Assembly (NCBI GenBank): GCA_048268755.1
Contig: JBLWUU010000002.1
Span: 241,268-305,267 of the forward strand
Source of the DNA: Pseudidiomarina sp.
GTDB taxonomy: Bacteria; Pseudomonadota; Gammaproteobacteria; Enterobacterales; Alteromonadaceae
DNA length: 64,000 nucleotides
Direction of reading: 5' to 3'
The notes under the pieces are model-generated. The model saw nothing but the letters and a program-made list of their open reading frames with translations, made no database searches and had not been told where the DNA came from. This document shows, in pieces, positions 59,774-64,000 of the stretch. Within the stretch, counting starts at the first letter, position 1. Every line of letters starts with the position of its first letter. The translations under genes were made by a program, and so were the position numbers.

Positions 59774-61984
59774 CTAGCTAAAGTCTTGTGGGTCTACGTC
59801 CAAGGACCAGCGCACGCGACGTAATTCAGGTAACTGCTCAAGCTTGGCCAGCGTGTGTTGTAAAACTTGCTGGCGTAACCCACGTTGCTGGCACTGTACC
59901 AACAACTGAAAACGGTAGCGACCGGCGCGGCGCTCCATTACCGCGGGCATTGGCCCTAAGACGATTACGTCGGGATGCTGCGGTAACTGTGCGGCGATAG
60001 CTTGCAACGCGGCTTGGGCTTGCTGAGCGTCATTTGCTTCAGTACGAAACAGCGCCATTTGGGCAAAAGGCGGCAGTTGAGTGAGCTGCCGTTCACGCAA
60101 CAACGAGCGCGCAAAAGCGGCATAGCCGTTGTGGATGAGGTCTTGCAATAAATCATGCTCGGGGTGGTGAGTTTGCAATACCACCGTACCAGGCGCACTG
60201 GCGCGGCCGGCGCGCCCTGCCACTTGCGTGATAAGCTGCCCCAACCGCTCGGCCGCACGAAAATCCGAACTGTACAGCGCGCCATCCACATCCAATAGGG
60301 CCACCAGAGTGACGTGTGGAAAGTGGTGACCCTTGGCGATCATTTGCGTGCCAACCAAAATGGGATATTTATTTTCTGTGGCATCGGTCAATAGCTTGGC
60401 CAGACTGCCTTTACGACGCGTACTGTCACGGTCAATCCTGAGCACTGGATAATCGGGAAACAGCTCGGCCAAACTTTGCTCGAGCTGCTCGGTACCGGTC
60501 CCGCGACCGACAAGCTGGGTTGAACCACAGTCAAAACACTGCCGCGGGAGGCGTTGTTGATCGCCGCAGTGATGGCACTGCAGCATTTGTTGGCGCTGAT
60601 GCACAGTATAATAGGCGTCACAGCGCCGGCATTGCGCCAGCCAGCCACATTCGTGGCAGAGTAACGCAGGTGCATAGCCACGACGGTTCAAAAACACCAG
60701 CACCTGTTGCCCACGCTCAAGCTCTTTACGCATCTGTTCTATTAGCGGTTGCGAGAGCCCAGCTTTGAGCGGCAATTGTTTGATGTCCACCACGGTCTGC
60801 CGAGCGAGTTTAGCGCCGCCAGCGCGCTGAGTAAGTTGCAAATGGGCGTAGCGCTTTTGTGCAACGTTGTTAATGCTTTCTAATGAAGGCGTCGCCGAGC
60901 CCAGAATGACCGGCACTTGTTCTTTTTGCCCGCGCACCACGGCTAAATCGCGCGCATGGTAGCGAAAACCCTCTTGCTGCTTCAGCGAATTGTCGTGCTC
61001 TTCATCGACGATGATCATGCCCAAGCGCTTAAATGGTGTGAAGATCGCCGAACGCGTGCCGATAACGATGGCTGCACCACCGTTTTTAGCATCCAGCCAA
61101 GCATCCAGCCGCTCGCGATCCGTCAGCGCCGAATGCAACATGACAATCGGCACCGCAAAACGCTTCTGGAAGCGGCGTAAGGTTTGCGGCGTGAGACCAA
61201 TTTCCGGTACGAGCACCAACACTTGCTTGCCTTTACGTAACACGTCGGCCATCGCCTGCAAGTAAACTTCGGTCTTGCCGCTGCCGGTGACGCCTTCCAA
61301 TAAATAGGTTTGCGGCTTACTTGCCGCCCCAATCGCAGCAACTGCAAGAGCTTGCTCAGGATTGAGCTGCAAGGGTTCGCTGCCTATGGCAAAGGACCAG
61401 TCCGCATTCGTTTGCGGCGCATGCTGAAAGCCTTCAATAAGCCCCTTGTCTTGCAAAGCCTTGAGTGCGGAGGCGGAGAATTCTTGGGCGGTGATATCGC
61501 GTCGCAGCAACGGTCCATTACGTAAGGCAGCCAGCAAGCGCTGCTGTTGCGGTGCTTGGCGCAAACTGTTCAGCTCCACGTCAGCGCCCGCGGTGGTAAC
61601 CCGAAAACCCTCGGTTGTTTTATAGCTGGCGGCCTCACCCTGGCGCAACAAAACCGGCAGACCGTGATTTAGCACTTCGCCTAAGGGGTGATGATAATAG
61701 TCGGACGCCCATAGCAGCAGTTCCCAAACGGCTTTGGGTAACAGCGGCTGCTCATCCAGAACAGCGGAGATGGGTTTGAGTTCATAATCACTGTTGCCGT
61801 TCCGGGCTTGACCCAGACTAAAGCCAACCAACGACCTGTTGCCGAACGGCACCTTCACCCTGACCCCACAGGCAGGTGCGGTCTCACAAGCATAGTCAAA
61901 GCTGCGCGCAAGGGGCACCGGCACTGCCACTTTCACGACGGTGCTGGTATTCGGAAAAAGTTCGGTTGCTGAAGACTGGCTCAT
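59774..61984 (-). CDS. priA: Primosomal protein N'
   Basis: GVTGSGKT, DEEH, Zn-finger cysteine pairs, GTQMIAKG; start 61984 preferred. Confidence 0.97.
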   Translation of the reverse strand: MSQSSATELFPNTSTVVKVAVPVPLARSFDYACETAPACGVRVKVPFGNRSLVGFSLGQARNGNSDYELKPISAVLDEQPLLPKAVWELLLWASDYYHHPLGEVLNHGLPVLLRQGEAASYKTTEGFRVTTAGADVELNSLRQAPQQQRLLAALRNGPLLRRDITAQEFSASALKALQDKGLIEGFQHAPQTNADWSFAIGSEPLQLNPEQALAVAAIGAASKPQTYLLEGVTGSGKTEVYLQAMADVLRKGKQVLVLVPEIGLTPQTLRRFQKRFAVPIVMLHSALTDRERLDAWLDAKNGGAAIVIGTRSAIFTPFKRLGMIIVDEEHDNSLKQQEGFRYHARDLAVVRGQKEQVPVILGSATPSLESINNVAQKRYAHLQLTQRAGGAKLARQTVVDIKQLPLKAGLSQPLIEQMRKELERGQQVLVFLNRRGYAPALLCHECGWLAQCRRCDAYYTVHQRQQMLQCHHCGDQQRLPRQCFDCGSTQLVGRGTGTEQLEQSLAELFPDYPVLRIDRDSTRRKGSLAKLLTDATENKYPILVGTQMIAKGHHFPHVTLVALLDVDGALYSSDFRAAERLGQLITQVAGRAGRASAPGTVVLQTHHPEHDLLQDLIHNGYAAFARSLLRERQLTQLPPFAQMALFRTEANDAQQAQAALQAIAAQLPQHPDVIVLGPMPAVMERRAGRYRFQLLVQCQQRGLRQQVLQHTLAKLEQLPELRRVRWSLDVDPQDFS

Positions 61985-62034
61985 AGCCGCTATTGTGCGA
62001 CCATGCGTAGCGCGGCGCAAGCGCGATCCTGTGC

Positions 62035-62063
62035 TTGATCATTACACAGGGTTCAGGTAGAAT
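62035..62063 (+). promoter_or_regulatory. Sigma-70-type promoter of rpmE
   Basis: TTGATC-N17-TAGAAT. Confidence 0.7.
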
Positions 62064-62148
62064 CCGCGCCCTAATTATTCCATTATTAACCACGTATGGT
62101 GTGCGGAGAGAGTCCGTATAGCGATGCGGCCCAATTGAGGTAACCCTT

Positions 62149-62370
62149 ATGAAAGCAGGTATTCATCCTAAGTACGAAGAAATGAACGTAACTTGCTCGT
62201 GCGGCAACACGTTCACCACCCGTTCAACTAAAGGTGGCGAATTGCACCTTGACGTTTGTTCAGAGTGCCACCCGTTCTACACTGGTAAGCAGCGTATTAT
62301 GGACACTGGCGGTCGTATCGACAAATTCAACAAGCGTTTCAGCGTGTTGGGTGGTAAGAAGTCATCGTAA
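62149..62370 (+). CDS. rpmE: 50S ribosomal protein L31 (type A, Zn-binding)
   Basis: [23 protein letters not shown]. Confidence 0.98.
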   Translation: MKAGIHPKYEEMNVTCSCGNTFTTRSTKGGELHLDVCSECHPFYTGKQRIMDTGGRIDKFNKRFSVLGGKKSS

Positions 62371-62396
62371 AAACGATGCTTTAGCACCAGATTTAG

Positions 62397-62424
62397 AAAA
62401 AGGCGCCAAAAGGCGCCTTTTTTT
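62397..62424 (+). terminator. Intrinsic terminator after rpmE
   Basis: AAAAAGGCGCC-AAAA-GGCGCCTTTTT plus T run. Confidence 0.9.
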
Positions 62425-62641
62425 ATGCTTGATCACTCTTCAGCCTGCTTTAGGTCTCCATTTTACAGCGGTTCGTTTTTGTACAGTCTTCAAGTTTGCT
62501 GAACCGTAACAGGTCGATAAGGGCGACCTGACCATCAGGTAAGATTTGTTATTCGCGCTCAACCCTCTACAATGGCAATTATTCACTTAATGAATGTTGA
62601 CTATAACAATCGCACAACGATGCAAGAGGGTACTTACGTCC

Positions 62642-63886
62642 ATGTCTGACTTTCGCAAGCAAGCGCTCGATTATCATGCCTATCCTACGCCTGGAAAAAT
62701 AAGTATTGAGCTGACGAAACCAGCAGAAACCAGCAAAGATCTGGCTCTCGCCTATAGTCCCGGCGTCGCCGAACCGGTGCGCGCTATTGCTGAGAATCCT
62801 GATGACGTGTATCGCTACACCGCAAAAGGCAATATGGTTGCGGTGATTTCCAATGGCACAGCCATTTTAGGTCTTGGCAACCTCGGCCCCATGGCAGCGA
62901 AGCCTGTGATGGAAGGTAAAGCACTACTTTTCAAACGTTTTGCCGGACTTGACTCGATCGACATTGAAGTAACCCACCGCACCACACAAGACTTCATTAA
63001 TACCGTTGCCAATATCGCCGACAGCTTCGGTGGCGTGAACTTAGAAGACATCAAAGCACCGGAGTGCTTTGAAATTGAAGAAGCTTTGGTAGAACGATGC
63101 GACGTGCCGATCTTCCATGATGACCAACACGGCACCGCGATTGTCACTGCGGCGGGCTTGCTGAACGCGCTCGAAATTCAGGGCAAAGAACTGCGCAAAG
63201 CACAAATCGTCTGTTTAGGAGCTGGTGCTGCCGCGATCGCCTGTATGGAATTGCTCATTAAATGCGGCGCGCAACGCGAGCACATCTATATGCTCGATTC
63301 CAAAGGCGTCATTCATACACGTCGCGAAGACTTGAACCCATACAAATCGCTGTTTGCCAACAACACGGATAAACGCACCTTAGAGGACGTGATTACCGAA
63401 GCCGATGTTTTTGTCGGTGTTTCGGGTCCTGACTTGTTGTCTCCAGACGCGTTAAAGCTGATGGCTGACAAGCCTATTATCTTTGCTTGTTCAAACCCTG
63501 ATCCAGAAATTAAGCCAGAATTGGCGCATGAAGTGCGTGACGATTTAATTATGGCAACAGGTCGCTCAGATTACCCGAACCAAGTGAATAATGTGCTCTG
63601 CTTTCCGTTCATTTTCCGTGGTGCGCTTGATGTTCGCGCCCGCGCCATCAATGACGAAATGAAAATCGCCGCGGTCGAGGCCATCCGCCAGCTCGCCAAA
63701 GAGCCGGTGCCAGAGTCAGTATTAAAAGCCGCTGGCGTCGAAAAACTCGAGTTCGGTGTCGACTATATTATTCCGAAGCCACTCGACCCACGCTTAAAAA
63801 CCCGTGTTTCCAAAGCCGTCGCTGAAGCGGCAGTGGCGTCGGGCGCTTCGCGCATAGATTTGCCGAAGAACTATATGGCGGAGTAA
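62642..63886 (+). CDS. maeB: Malic enzyme (NADP-dependent type, no PTA domain)
   Basis: LAYSPGVA, MEGKALLFKRFA, FHDDQHGTA, GAGAA, GRSDYPNQVNN; start 62642 preferred. Confidence 0.88.
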   Translation: MSDFRKQALDYHAYPTPGKISIELTKPAETSKDLALAYSPGVAEPVRAIAENPDDVYRYTAKGNMVAVISNGTAILGLGNLGPMAAKPVMEGKALLFKRFAGLDSIDIEVTHRTTQDFINTVANIADSFGGVNLEDIKAPECFEIEEALVERCDVPIFHDDQHGTAIVTAAGLLNALEIQGKELRKAQIVCLGAGAAAIACMELLIKCGAQREHIYMLDSKGVIHTRREDLNPYKSLFANNTDKRTLEDVITEADVFVGVSGPDLLSPDALKLMADKPIIFACSNPDPEIKPELAHEVRDDLIMATGRSDYPNQVNNVLCFPFIFRGALDVRARAINDEMKIAAVEAIRQLAKEPVPESVLKAAGVEKLEFGVDYIIPKPLDPRLKTRVSKAVAEAAVASGASRIDLPKNYMAE

Positions 63887-63925
63887 TCACTCCGCTTTCA
63901 CCTTTCTTTTACATCACTTTCTTCT

Positions 63926-63954
63926 AAAACATGACCTGTTCTAGGTCATGTTTT
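63926..63954. terminator. Probable bidirectional terminator after malic enzyme
   Basis: AAAACATGACCT-GTTCT-AGGTCATGTTTT perfect 12-bp stem. Confidence 0.75.
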
Positions 63955-64000
63955 GTGTTCTTCGTCTCATTCCTAGTTATTCATGAATATTCATGTTTTT

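Overview
Chromosomal window from a marine gammaproteobacterium. Gene order and protein style suggest Alteromonadales, possibly Idiomarinaceae (inference, not verified). No rRNA, tRNA, CRISPR array, integrase or transposase was recognised. Most of the window is housekeeping: yicC-rph-pyrE, trmL-fieF, pldB-like/cpxA-like/cpxR-like, glnA-DUF4124-ntrB-ntrC, typA, yihY-dtd-yiiD, the hut cluster, rraA-hslU-hslV-SPOR-argS-priA, rpmE and malic enzyme. Accessory material is concentrated at 1.4-16.3 kb (Fur-type TonB receptor/PepSY pair, three type II toxin-antitoxin modules, a diguanylate cyclase, two hypothetical genes) and on both sides of typA (RND pump, c-di-GMP enzymes, orphan AcrR-like regulator). 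Best leads: (1) a synonymous second copy of the yicC 3' end (QIQNIE-stop) 641 bp downstream of yicC, bracketing only a Doc toxin and a 57-aa antitoxin absent from the ORF track, i.e. an apparent toxin-antitoxin-only island remnant at a known integration hotspot; (2) next to it, a two-gene unit whose larger product has HhH DNA-glycosylase-like motifs (candidate anti-phage gene); (3) a dispersed 4x heptamer element found in three intergenic regions, two copies 33/37 identical, one starting at the predicted glnA transcription start; (4) a secreted cyanophycinase homologue with degenerate catalytic motifs.
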